This document shows positions 8,412-17,465 of a DNA stretch of 64,000 nt, piece after piece. Origin of the DNA: an uncultured Gammaproteobacteria bacterium (GTDB lineage Bacteria > Patescibacteriota > Microgenomatia > UBA10105 > UBA927). The DNA is taken from NCBI GenBank assembly GCA_964394685.1, contig CAYMYO010000001.1:14-64013 (forward strand), written 5' to 3'. The notes beneath the pieces are model-generated. The model was not told the DNA's origin, made no database searches, and saw only the letters and a program-made list of their open reading frames with translations. Positions within the stretch are counted from its first letter, which is position 1. Each line of letters starts with the position of its first letter. Made by a program: the position numbers and the translations under genes.

Positions 8412-9272
8412 ATGGATATTAAAGAAATCACCGCGAAGTCTATTCTTACAAAAACGACACTCAAAAATGTTGATTTTGATTATACCGTTAACCCGTATAT
8501 TGGATGTGCGTTTGGTTGTGTGTATTGCTATGCGAGTTTCATGGGGCGGTTTGTCGGTAAGAAAAATGAGGATTGGGGAACATATGTGTTTGTCAAAATC
8601 AACGCTTCCGAATTGCTTGCAAAAGAAATAAAAAAACTTCCAAATAAAGGAAAAGGCAACGCAATTTGGTTTAGTTCTGTCACAGATCCATATCAGGGAC
8701 TCGAAGCAAAATATCAACTGACCAGAAAATGTTTAAAGGTGTTATTGGCATATGGATATGAAGGTGAAGTTCACATTCTCACAAAGTCAGACTTACTCCT
8801 TCGGGATATTGATCTATTCCACTACCTCCCTCGACATTCAGTAGGATTAACCATTACTTCAACTGACGATAAAGTATCCCGCTATTTTGAAAAATTTGCC
8901 CCACCCGTTAGTAAAAGGTTGCAAGCGTTAAAGCAATTGAAAGAAGCCGGTTTACACACATACGCGTTTGTGGGACCGATTCTTCCGCACGTTCTTATGA
9001 ATGAGCATGCAGTGGATCAACTCTTTTACCAGATAGCTGAAACCGGAACCACCTCAATCGTTGTCGAATACTTTAACGCTAGCCCGTATATTCTGAAACG
9101 GTTAGAAAAAGAATTACAAGGGATAAATACAAAAACAATTAATATGTTTCGTTTGTCAAAAAATAGAGAGTATCGGTTGGAATGGGATAAACGAATTAAA
9201 GCGTTGGTATCAAAATATAAGCTTTCATTAGTATACGGCGGAACATTGTATCATCCAGAAATGGAGAAATAA
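8412..9272 (+). CDS. radical SAM protein, spore-photoproduct-lyase-like family
   Basis: NPYIGCAFGCVYCYA (CxxxCxxC), SSVTDPYQ, LTKS. Confidence 0.9.
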   Translation: MDIKEITAKSILTKTTLKNVDFDYTVNPYIGCAFGCVYCYASFMGRFVGKKNEDWGTYVFVKINASELLAKEIKKLPNKGKGNAIWFSSVTDPYQGLEAKYQLTRKCLKVLLAYGYEGEVHILTKSDLLLRDIDLFHYLPRHSVGLTITSTDDKVSRYFEKFAPPVSKRLQALKQLKEAGLHTYAFVGPILPHVLMNEHAVDQLFYQIAETGTTSIVVEYFNASPYILKRLEKELQGINTKTINMFRLSKNREYRLEWDKRIKALVSKYKLSLVYGGTLYHPEMEK

Positions 9273-9273
9273 T

Positions 9274-9894
9274 ATGAAAAAACTTCTTGTTGCTACAACA
9301 AATCCAGGTAAGCTTGCGGAACTTCAGGAATTTTTGTCTGATCTTCCTATTACACTTGTGAGTCTCAAAGATGTTGGGATTACGTCGCATGTTGAGGAAA
9401 CCGGAAAAACATTTAAAGACAATGCGCTCCTGAAAGCAACCCATTATGCAAAAGATTCAGGACTTCCAACGATTGCTGATGATGGAGGGCTTGAAATTGA
9501 CGCGTTAAACGGAGAACCTGGTGTGAATTCCCATCGATGGATTCATGGGGACAGAGAAGATGAAGACGAGGAGCTCATACAACATGCACTGATTCGATTA
9601 AAAGATACTCCCGAAGAAAAGCGTGGAGCACAACTTCATTTAGTCATAGCTTTTGCAACGCCTGACGGGAAAACGTACACTAGTGAAGGACGTATCCGAG
9701 GGATTATTCCATATAAGGCGTCTTCATACCGACGCAAAGGATTTCCATACCGGTCGCTTCTGTATCTTCCCGAGTTGAAAAAGTTTTACAACCATGATGA
9801 ATTGACCGAAGAAGAGAATAAAACATATAATCATAGGAAGAAGGCAATAGAGGACCTGAAGACCATTATTCGTGACACACTATTGTCATCCTGA
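9274..9894 (+). CDS. rdgB: non-canonical purine NTP pyrophosphatase (RdgB/HAM1)
   Basis: ATTNPGK, EETGKTF..NA..KA, ADDGGLEIDALNGEPGV. Confidence 0.9.
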   Translation: MKKLLVATTNPGKLAELQEFLSDLPITLVSLKDVGITSHVEETGKTFKDNALLKATHYAKDSGLPTIADDGGLEIDALNGEPGVNSHRWIHGDREDEDEELIQHALIRLKDTPEEKRGAQLHLVIAFATPDGKTYTSEGRIRGIIPYKASSYRRKGFPYRSLLYLPELKKFYNHDELTEEENKTYNHRKKAIEDLKTIIRDTLLSS

Positions 9895-9955
9895 ACTTGT
9901 TTCAGGATCTATCGGAAAAAGAAAAATGGATGCTGAAATGAATTCAGCATGACAA
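9883..9955. repeat. REP-like double-hairpin palindromic element (TTGTCAT...ATGACAA)
   Basis: ATCCTGAA/TTCAGGAT and ATGCTGAA/TTCAGCAT hairpins; related copies at 11873-11943 and 16539-16566. Confidence 0.85.
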
Positions 9956-9970
9956 AGAAAACAAAACGCT

Positions 9971-11215
9971 ATGTTAGATATTCATTTCATTAAAGAGAAT
10001 TTAGATCTCTGCAAACTCGCTGCTAAAAATAAAAACCGTGAAGTAGAGTGGGAGAAATTGTTATCTCTTGATGAGACGAGACGGAAGTTAATTACATCTG
10101 TTGAGGATTTACGGGCGCAGCGGAATGAAATCAGCAGAAAACCCGTTGAACAAGCCCGCGTTGAAGGAAAACAGATCAAAGAGTCGTTAAGGGGTCTGGA
10201 AGAAGAGCTTCGGCGGGTTGAAGAAGAACTACAGATACTTCTTTTGACTGTTCCTAATGTTCCGGATAAATCAGTGCCGGTGGGGAAAGACGCTTCAGGA
10301 AATGTAGAGATTCGGAAATGGGGAGATCTTCCCGTGTTTGATTATACACCGCGTGATCATATTGAATTAGCAAAGAAAAATGATTTAGTTGATTTTGAAC
10401 GGGGAGCAAAAGTCGGAGGATTTCGAACATATTTTACAAAAAATGAAGCAGTGCTTCTCGAAATGGGACTCCTTTTTTATGCAATGCAGAAACTGGTGGG
10501 AAAAGGATATACACCTCTTATGGCTCCATCGCTATTAAAAGAGTTCACGCTTTTTGGAATTGCACAATTTCCATGGGGAAGAGATGAAGTATATCATTTG
10601 GAGAAAGACGATGTATATCTTGCAGGTACTGCGGAACAACCAGTGACGGCATATTTATCTGATGAGATATTGATGGAAAAGGATTTACCAAAGAAGTTTG
10701 TTGCATTTTCTCCTTGTTTTCGAAGGGAATCAGGAAGTTACGGAAAGGATACAAAAGGGATTTATAGAGTGCACCAATTTAATAAAATTGAACAAGTAAT
10801 TATTTCAACTTCTGATTCGAGTAAATCTCTTACTCTTTTAGAGGAATTACTCGCTAACGCAGAGGAAATTCTTCAAGATTTAAAATTGCCGTATCGGGTG
10901 CTGTCGATGTGCACGGGAGATATGGGTGAACCGCAAGTGAAAAAATACGATATTGAAACCTGGATGCCTAGTAGAAATGCATATGGCGAAACAATGTCCG
11001 ATTCATTTATGGGAGATTTTCAAGCAAGAAGACTGAAAATTCGATACCGGGGGAAAGACGGAAAAATGGTATTTTGCCATACGCTCAATAATACAGCAAT
11101 TGCATTTCCACGAATTCTTATTCCAATATTTGAAAATTATCAGCAAAAAGATGGTTCAATCCGCGTGCCCAAAGTCCTCGTTCCCTTTGTCGGGAAGGAT
11201 GTGATCTCGCGGTGA
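9971..11215 (+). CDS. serS: serine--tRNA ligase
   Basis: MLDI start, GTAEQP, FRRE, RVHQFNKIEQ, HTLNNTA. Confidence 0.97.
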   Translation: MLDIHFIKENLDLCKLAAKNKNREVEWEKLLSLDETRRKLITSVEDLRAQRNEISRKPVEQARVEGKQIKESLRGLEEELRRVEEELQILLLTVPNVPDKSVPVGKDASGNVEIRKWGDLPVFDYTPRDHIELAKKNDLVDFERGAKVGGFRTYFTKNEAVLLEMGLLFYAMQKLVGKGYTPLMAPSLLKEFTLFGIAQFPWGRDEVYHLEKDDVYLAGTAEQPVTAYLSDEILMEKDLPKKFVAFSPCFRRESGSYGKDTKGIYRVHQFNKIEQVIISTSDSSKSLTLLEELLANAEEILQDLKLPYRVLSMCTGDMGEPQVKKYDIETWMPSRNAYGETMSDSFMGDFQARRLKIRYRGKDGKMVFCHTLNNTAIAFPRILIPIFENYQQKDGSIRVPKVLVPFVGKDVISR

Positions 11216-11859
11216 GTCGTGTTCTCTCATATTTAATTCCTCAGAAGCTCGCGGAGTTTTCAACGAAATATAACAGGTATATCCGGGTCAATGATGAATA
11301 TGGTGAAAAAAAGTTATTAGTGAACGGTTCACAGCAATCAGGGAAATACATTCGAAAGCTGTGGAAGGGCGCATGTAAAAAATTTGGTATTTTAGAAAAT
11401 AGAAATTGGAAAAAAATTTTGGTGTTGGGAGTTGGCGGCGGCACAGTGATTGAGCTATTGCATGGTCAGTTTCCAAATGTCCGTATCACCGGTGTTGATA
11501 TTGATTCAACGATCATTGATATCGCAAAGAAGTATTTTTTGTCTGGAGACATCGCGTATATTTATTTTAGTGTTGCTGATGCGAAGAAATTTATTCGGGA
11601 GAATAACTTGAAATATGACTGTATTATCATTGATATCTTTATCGGCAATGCTGTTCCTGATTTTGTTAAAACAAAAGCGTTTTTATCAGATTGCAAGCAA
11701 AAACTTTCAAAAAAAGGCGCTTTGTGCATCAATTATCTGCAAGATCGCGAATACAAAGAGAAGTCAGAGGAGTTTCATCAAGTGCTCCGGAGTCTTTTTC
11801 CAACCGTTCATGATTTTTGCATTGCAAATAACAGATTTTTCTTCGCATCCATAGTATAA
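11212..11859 (+). CDS. class I SAM-dependent methyltransferase (spermidine-synthase-like)
   Basis: LVLGVGGG, VDID, YDCIIIDIF. Confidence 0.85.
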   Translation: MSRVLSYLIPQKLAEFSTKYNRYIRVNDEYGEKKLLVNGSQQSGKYIRKLWKGACKKFGILENRNWKKILVLGVGGGTVIELLHGQFPNVRITGVDIDSTIIDIAKKYFLSGDIAYIYFSVADAKKFIRENNLKYDCIIIDIFIGNAVPDFVKTKAFLSDCKQKLSKKGALCINYLQDREYKEKSEEFHQVLRSLFPTVHDFCIANNRFFFASIV

Positions 11860-11872
11860 TTGGTGCATGCGT

Positions 11873-11943
11873 TTGTCATGCTGAATTTATTTCAGCATCC
11901 ATCTGAAAACGGATGAGATCCCGAAATAAATTCGGGATGACAA
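11873..11943. repeat. REP-like double-hairpin palindromic element
   Basis: TTGTCATGCTGAA-TTTAT-TTCAGCAT...ATCCCGAA-ATAAA-TTCGGGATGACAA. Confidence 0.85.
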
Positions 11944-11954
11944 GAATATGTACT

Positions 11955-14672
11955 ATGTTTAAGTTCTTAGGCAAATTACTTGATAGCAACGAAAAGGAGA
12001 TTAAAAAGCTCCGGTTCATTGTTGAGAAGGTCAACAGTCTTGAGCCGGAAATTAAAAAATTAAAAGATAGTGAGTTTGCCTCAAAAACAGCAGAGCTGAA
12101 AACACGTCTTACAACCGGCGATACGCTCGATAATCTTCTTCCGATGGCCTTTGCCATCGTCCGGGAAGCAGCACTACGGACAATCGGAGAACGCCACTAT
12201 GATGTGCAGTTGATCGCATCGTATGCGCTTCACTTTGGAAAAGTAGCTGAACAGCGGACCGGAGAAGGAAAGACGTTATCAGCAATACCGGCATTGTATT
12301 TAAATGCACTATCTGGACGAGGTGCGCATTTGGTGACGGTAAACGATTATCTTGCCCGCAGGGACGCTGGATGGATGGGACCGGTATATCACTTCCTTGG
12401 TATGTCAGTATCAGCAATTATTTCCGAACAGTCGTTTATGTACGATCCGACAGTTGAGGATAAAGAAGCAGGGGATTGGAGACTGAAACACCTGCGTCCT
12501 GTAACCCGTAAAGAAGCGTACGGGGCGGATATTACGTATGGAATAAATAGTGAATTCGGATTTGATTATCTTCGGGATAATATGGTGTCAGATGCATCCC
12601 AACTGGTCCAACGGGGCTTTCACTACGCAGTTGTTGATGAGGTTGATTCGGTTCTTATTGACGAGGCGCGGACTCCGCATATTATTTCGGCTCCGGATAG
12701 TGAGGCGACACAACGCTATTATGAATACGCAAAGATTGTCGATAAGCTCACGCCGACAATGGATTATGTCATTGATGAAAAACTTCGTACTGCTCATTTG
12801 ACTGATCATGGAATAGTCAAAGTTGAAAAAGTGATGGGACTTGGAAATATTTACGAAGAAGATTTCGAAACAGTGCACCATCTAGAAGCAGCTTTGAAAG
12901 CCCGGACGTTATTTCTCAAGGATAAAGAATACATTGTGAAAGACGGACAAGTGGTGATTGTTGATGAATTTACCGGACGACTTTTGACAGGGCGACGGTT
13001 CAGTGAAGGCATCCATCAAGCAATTGAGGCAAAAGAGGGAGTGGTTATTCAACAGGAGAGTAAGACACTCGCAACCGTGTCACTTCAAAATTATTTTAGA
13101 ATGTATGAAAAATTATCCGGCATGACGGGGACAGCTGCTACAGAAGCAGAGGAGTTTCGAAAAATTTATAACCTTGATGTACTGGTTATTCCAACTCATA
13201 GACCAATGATTCGGAAAGATTTTCCTGATAGTGTATATAAAACAACCCGCGCTAAATATGTGGCAATAGCCAACGATATTATTGACTGTCACAAGCGTGG
13301 ACAGCCTGTTCTTGTTGGAACAACATCGATTGAAAAAAATGAAATCATTAGCGACTTACTGAAGCGAAAAGGAGTTGCTCATCAACTTCTTAATGCAAAA
13401 AACCACCTTCGGGAAGCTCTTATTATCGCTGAAGCAGGGAAACTAGGAGCTGTGACAGTCGCAACGAACATGGCTGGCCGGGGAGTTGACATTATTTTGG
13501 GTGGATCCAAACCGGAAGAAGTACTATTTGCAACGAAAAAAGAGTATGAAAAAGCACAAGAAGTATGGAAAGAAGATCATAAAAAGGTGATAGAAGCCGG
13601 TGGTCTTCATGTCATTGGATCTGAACGACATGAAAGCAGGCGTATTGATAACCAGCTTCGGGGTCGGGCTGGTCGTCAAGGCGATCCGGGATCTTCGAGG
13701 TTTTACGTGTCACTTGAAGATGACATTATGCGTCTTTTTGGCGGTGATCAAGTTGCAAAACTCATGACGATTTTCAAACTTCCGGAAGATGTACCTCTTG
13801 AGCATCCGATGGTGTCTCGTTCTATTGAACAAGCACAGACAAAAGTAGAAGGGTTTCATTTTGATTCACGCAAGCACTTGGTTGAATATGATGATGTGTT
13901 AAATAAACACCGCGAAATTATCTATCGACTTCGCAGGCGTGCGCTTCTTGAGGAAGCGCAAAAAGATTTAATACTGAAAGATCTTGAGAATGAAATAACA
14001 ACGCTTGTTAGTGTTGCGAAACAAGATGGAACATTGGATACGGAAAAAATTATTCAGGAATTTTCAACCATTATTCCGTTTGACAGCAATTCACAAGCAC
14101 AGTTAAAAGCACAACTAGCACAATTACCTGCTGATGCAGATGCAATAGACTTTTTACAAAGGTTAAGCCGCGATATGTACGAAAATCGTGAGAAACAAAT
14201 CAGCCCTGAGATTATGCGGCAGGTTGAACGTTGGGTGACGCTATCAGTTATTGATAATTTGTGGATGGATCATTTAGATGCCATTGATGATCTGCGGGAG
14301 GGAATTGGACTTCGTGGGTATGGACAACGCGATCCGCTGGTTGAATACAAAAACGAAGCGTACTCTATGTTTGAACGGCTCATGGCGACCATTAGCAGTG
14401 ATGTCGTGCACCGGATTTATAAAGTACAGGTGCAACTTCCTCCAGGAACGTCTCAGAATAAATCCGTGGAATTGCCAACTGAGACAAAATTGACTAAAGA
14501 AGCAAAGCGAGCCAGAACAAATGAAGAAGCGCAACAAAAACCAGCAGTAAATGCAAAAAAGGAATTAGGACGCAATGACCCATGCCCATGCGGAGCAATT
14601 AATCCAGAAACAGGAAAAATATATAAATATAAAAAATGCGGGATGATTAATGCGCCTTGGCATAAAAAATAA
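11955..14672 (+). CDS. secA: preprotein translocase subunit SecA
   Basis: TGEGKT, VDEVDS, ATNMAGRGVDI, RRIDNQLRGRAGRQGDPG; C-terminal GRNDPCPCG. The 11913 start lies inside the repeat, so 11955 is preferred. Confidence 0.98.
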   Translation: MFKFLGKLLDSNEKEIKKLRFIVEKVNSLEPEIKKLKDSEFASKTAELKTRLTTGDTLDNLLPMAFAIVREAALRTIGERHYDVQLIASYALHFGKVAEQRTGEGKTLSAIPALYLNALSGRGAHLVTVNDYLARRDAGWMGPVYHFLGMSVSAIISEQSFMYDPTVEDKEAGDWRLKHLRPVTRKEAYGADITYGINSEFGFDYLRDNMVSDASQLVQRGFHYAVVDEVDSVLIDEARTPHIISAPDSEATQRYYEYAKIVDKLTPTMDYVIDEKLRTAHLTDHGIVKVEKVMGLGNIYEEDFETVHHLEAALKARTLFLKDKEYIVKDGQVVIVDEFTGRLLTGRRFSEGIHQAIEAKEGVVIQQESKTLATVSLQNYFRMYEKLSGMTGTAATEAEEFRKIYNLDVLVIPTHRPMIRKDFPDSVYKTTRAKYVAIANDIIDCHKRGQPVLVGTTSIEKNEIISDLLKRKGVAHQLLNAKNHLREALIIAEAGKLGAVTVATNMAGRGVDIILGGSKPEEVLFATKKEYEKAQEVWKEDHKKVIEAGGLHVIGSERHESRRIDNQLRGRAGRQGDPGSSRFYVSLEDDIMRLFGGDQVAKLMTIFKLPEDVPLEHPMVSRSIEQAQTKVEGFHFDSRKHLVEYDDVLNKHREIIYRLRRRALLEEAQKDLILKDLENEITTLVSVAKQDGTLDTEKIIQEFSTIIPFDSNSQAQLKAQLAQLPADADAIDFLQRLSRDMYENREKQISPEIMRQVERWVTLSVIDNLWMDHLDAIDDLREGIGLRGYGQRDPLVEYKNEAYSMFERLMATISSDVVHRIYKVQVQLPPGTSQNKSVELPTETKLTKEAKRARTNEEAQQKPAVNAKKELGRNDPCPCGAINPETGKIYKYKKCGMINAPWHKK

Positions 14673-14678
14673 TTGCGT

Positions 14679-14744
14679 AGTCCGCCGAAGCGAACATTCG
14701 ACTGCGTGGATGTAGTCCTCGAGGCGAATTTGAGCGGAGGAGGA
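14679..14744. repeat. GC-rich branched palindromic element directly after secA
   Basis: TCCGCCGAAGC...GCGGAGGAGGA outer arms enclosing ATTCG/CGAAT, ACTGCG/TGTAGT and CCTCGAGG. Confidence 0.5.
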
Positions 14745-14745
14745 G

Positions 14746-14796
14746 TGCGGTTCCGGCAAGAAGTGGAAACGGTGTCATTACCCGAAGTTAGGTTAA
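14746..14796 (+). pseudogene. displaced SecA/SEC-C 3'-end fragment
   Basis: Reads CGSGKKWKRCHYPKLG*, the canonical second half of a SEC-C motif. Confidence 0.75.
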
Positions 14797-14828
14797 AATT
14801 TTGAGGGTGGCGCGATTTTGGCGCGATT

Positions 14829-15611
14829 TTATCCTTCCAGTCTCGCAAAAGCTCCGGATTTTTTGGCTTGGCGGTAGGTATATTGGAAAATGAGGCATGC
14901 TAAAATAAACCAGATCCCATTGAGCATTGTAGCAATCCCTATGGCCTTCCAATCCAGTATTCCGGTTATTAGTTGTTTGCGTATCGATTCAAAAATATAG
15001 GTAGCCGGTAGCCCATATGAAATCCAACGAATTTGGACAGGTAATACTGATACGGGGTAAAATACTGCGGCAAATGGTTGAATGAGAAATACGAGTGCCC
15101 ATGATAAAGATTGCACCTGAGTGCTATAACGGAAAATTAAGCTAAGCGACAGTATGCCAACTGCCCAGGAAAAGATAAGTAGTTCAATGATATAAATTGC
15201 GTTCATCCAACCGATGGAAAGAAGAGAAAAATTATAGAGGAAATAGGCAATAACAGCAGACATGATAATGGCTAAGAGTGCTTTTATGGTTCCTGATATC
15301 ATTTGTCCAACAATAAACTCGGTCATGGATAACGGGGTGATAAATAAGCCACTGAAACTTCGTGCCCATATTTCCCATAGCGCTCCAACAGCAATAGCGT
15401 ATTCTCCGACCCAAATAGCGTTCCAGAAAATCATTCCGATTATCACATAGAGTCCTTGCGGGCTATCTGTTTGTTTAAATGAAAGAGCAATGAGCGCGTA
15501 TACCCAAATTTGAACAGCAGGATTCCAAAACACGTCTACCCATGTTTCCATGCTATGCCGGAAATGGTACCATGTGTGCAATAGCACTATTTTGAGCCTA
15601 TGTATTCGCAT
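14829..15611 (-). CDS. ABC-2 type transporter permease
   Basis: About 6 TMs; AVFYPVSVLP..IRWIS..LP motif; follows an ABC ATPase. Confidence 0.88.
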   Translation of the reverse strand: MRIHRLKIVLLHTWYHFRHSMETWVDVFWNPAVQIWVYALIALSFKQTDSPQGLYVIIGMIFWNAIWVGEYAIAVGALWEIWARSFSGLFITPLSMTEFIVGQMISGTIKALLAIIMSAVIAYFLYNFSLLSIGWMNAIYIIELLIFSWAVGILSLSLIFRYSTQVQSLSWALVFLIQPFAAVFYPVSVLPVQIRWISYGLPATYIFESIRKQLITGILDWKAIGIATMLNGIWFILACLIFQYTYRQAKKSGAFARLEG

Positions 15612-16527
15612 ACGTTCCTTCGGAAATTGACAAAAATACGTCTTCAAGATCAGGTTTTTCTACATTAATATCCGTAATCCACACTTTGTGTTTCCTAAAA
15701 CCAAATAATACTTTTGGTATATCAGTTTCGGCAAGTGATATTTCAACGACATGTTCGCGCGGAAACGTGAATACAAGATTTTCATTGATAAGATATGTTC
15801 GTACAGGTGTTTGATCACCATCAAACGTTAGGATTAAATTAGAATTTCCGACACGTTTGGTAAGCTCAAGCGGTGTATCTTCAGCAACAATTTTTCCATG
15901 ACTGAGAAACATCACCCTGTCGCATAATTGTTCCACTTCTCCCATATTGTGACTGGTAAACAGAATGGATATGTGTTCTTTTTGTTGTAGGAGTTGAATA
16001 AGCTCAATTATTTTATTTGCAATATCCGGATCCAGGCTCGCTGTGGGCTCGTCCATAAGAAGTAATTTAGGGTTATTAAGAAGCGATTTAACTAAAACAA
16101 CGCGTGTTTTTTGTCCAGAAGATAAATGCCAAAATAGCTCATATTTCAATTCTTCGATTTCAAGCAGTGATAGCAGTTCGTTGATTCTTTTTTTTGCGTC
16201 CGGTACTGCATAAAGCCCTGCGTAAACAATAAGATTCTCAAAAACAGTCATGCGTGACTGAACATGAGTATACGCTGAAGCAAAATTAATTCTCGAAAGA
16301 ATATATTCGCGTTCTTTTGGAAATGGTTTAGAGAAATACGAAATCGTACCGGAAGTTGGTGTCATAAGATCCAAAAGCATCTGAATTGTGGTTGTTTTTC
16401 CAGCGCCATTTGGGCCTAGTAAGCCCACTATCTCTCCCTCTCCCACAGAAAAAGAAATGTGATCAACAGCAGTGATTGCGTTGAACTTCTTCGTTAACTC
16501 GTGAACTTCCAGAATCGGTGTATTCAT
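15598..16527 (-). CDS. ABC exporter ATP-binding protein
   Basis: GPNGAGKT, LSSGQ, LLMDEPT, SHNM. Confidence 0.93.
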   Translation of the reverse strand: MNTPILEVHELTKKFNAITAVDHISFSVGEGEIVGLLGPNGAGKTTTIQMLLDLMTPTSGTISYFSKPFPKEREYILSRINFASAYTHVQSRMTVFENLIVYAGLYAVPDAKKRINELLSLLEIEELKYELFWHLSSGQKTRVVLVKSLLNNPKLLLMDEPTASLDPDIANKIIELIQLLQQKEHISILFTSHNMGEVEQLCDRVMFLSHGKIVAEDTPLELTKRVGNSNLILTFDGDQTPVRTYLINENLVFTFPREHVVEISLAETDIPKVLFGFRKHKVWITDINVEKPDLEDVFLSISEGTYANT

Positions 16528-16538
16528 AATTATTAATG

Positions 16539-16566
16539 TTGTCATCCCGAACTTGTTTCGGGATCC
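16539..16566. repeat. half copy of the REP-like element
   Basis: TTGTCATCCCGAA-CTTGT-TTCGGGATCC. Confidence 0.75.
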
Positions 16567-16594
16567 ACGGTATTTATATTATAATAGCAATGCG

Positions 16595-17464
16595 ATGAAT
16601 ATAACACTCATCAGTGTGCTCGCTGGACTTGGAGGAATGCTCGGATGGGGGACATCTGATTTTTTTGCAAGCCAATCCACAGATCGTATTGGATATGTAA
16701 AAACATTTTTTTGGTCGCAGCTTATTGGATTAATTGTTATTATTTGTGTTGTTCCTTTTTCTGGAATAGTACTTCATTTTTCTTTTTCCGTGATTGGTTT
16801 ATTATTACTTTTATCATTTTTTTATACAGCTGGTTATTTATTATTTTATAAAGCATTTGAAATAGGAAATGTATCTGTTGTATCTTCAACAATCAATTTA
16901 TATGCGGTTTGTACGATGATTTTTTCTTTCATTTTCCTTGGTCAACGATTGACATTGATGCAAATAATTGCGGTTATTTTTATTTTTTTTGGAGTGACAT
17001 TGGTATCATTAAATTTTCAAGACATAGTTAAAGGAAAACTGTCAATATTATTAGGCGTTAAAGAAACGCTTTTATCCGCGTTAATTTTTGGAATATTTTG
17101 GACGGTAAGTAATGTTATCGCTAGTCAGATTGGATGGGTCGTTATCACTCTTGGAATCAAAATTGGCACAATTGTGTTGTTATTATTTTATTCATATTTT
17201 ATGAAAAATTCATTTAAATTAGAAAAAGTAAAGGTTAAAACAAAATACATACTTATTGGAGTAGGATTGTTGGATGTTATTGGAACAGCGAGCGTAAATT
17301 TTGGTTTATCTATAGGCGATGCGATTTTGATTACTCCAATCTCCACCGCCTTGTCAATTGTTACCATTTCATTAGCAGTGCTTTTTCTTAAAGAAAAGCT
17401 TAGTAGAATACAGGTAGTTGGAATAGTTACCACCCTTGCTGGTATTGTTATGACTGCTTTATAA
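16595..17464 (+). CDS. EamA/DMT family transporter
   Basis: About 10 TMs in two repeats; WGTSDF, FLKEKLS...VVGI. Confidence 0.88.
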   Translation: MNITLISVLAGLGGMLGWGTSDFFASQSTDRIGYVKTFFWSQLIGLIVIICVVPFSGIVLHFSFSVIGLLLLLSFFYTAGYLLFYKAFEIGNVSVVSSTINLYAVCTMIFSFIFLGQRLTLMQIIAVIFIFFGVTLVSLNFQDIVKGKLSILLGVKETLLSALIFGIFWTVSNVIASQIGWVVITLGIKIGTIVLLLFYSYFMKNSFKLEKVKVKTKYILIGVGLLDVIGTASVNFGLSIGDAILITPISTALSIVTISLAVLFLKEKLSRIQVVGIVTTLAGIVMTAL

Positions 17465-17465
17465 T

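Noticed and set aside
11913-11954. N-terminal extensions of SecA (also EamA at 16553 and the ABC ATPase at 16545)
   Set aside because: These upstream starts fall inside REP-like palindromes; downstream ATGs fit the expected N-termini
14809-14830. GGCGCGATTTT tandem duplication
   Set aside because: Only two 11-bp copies with no further support
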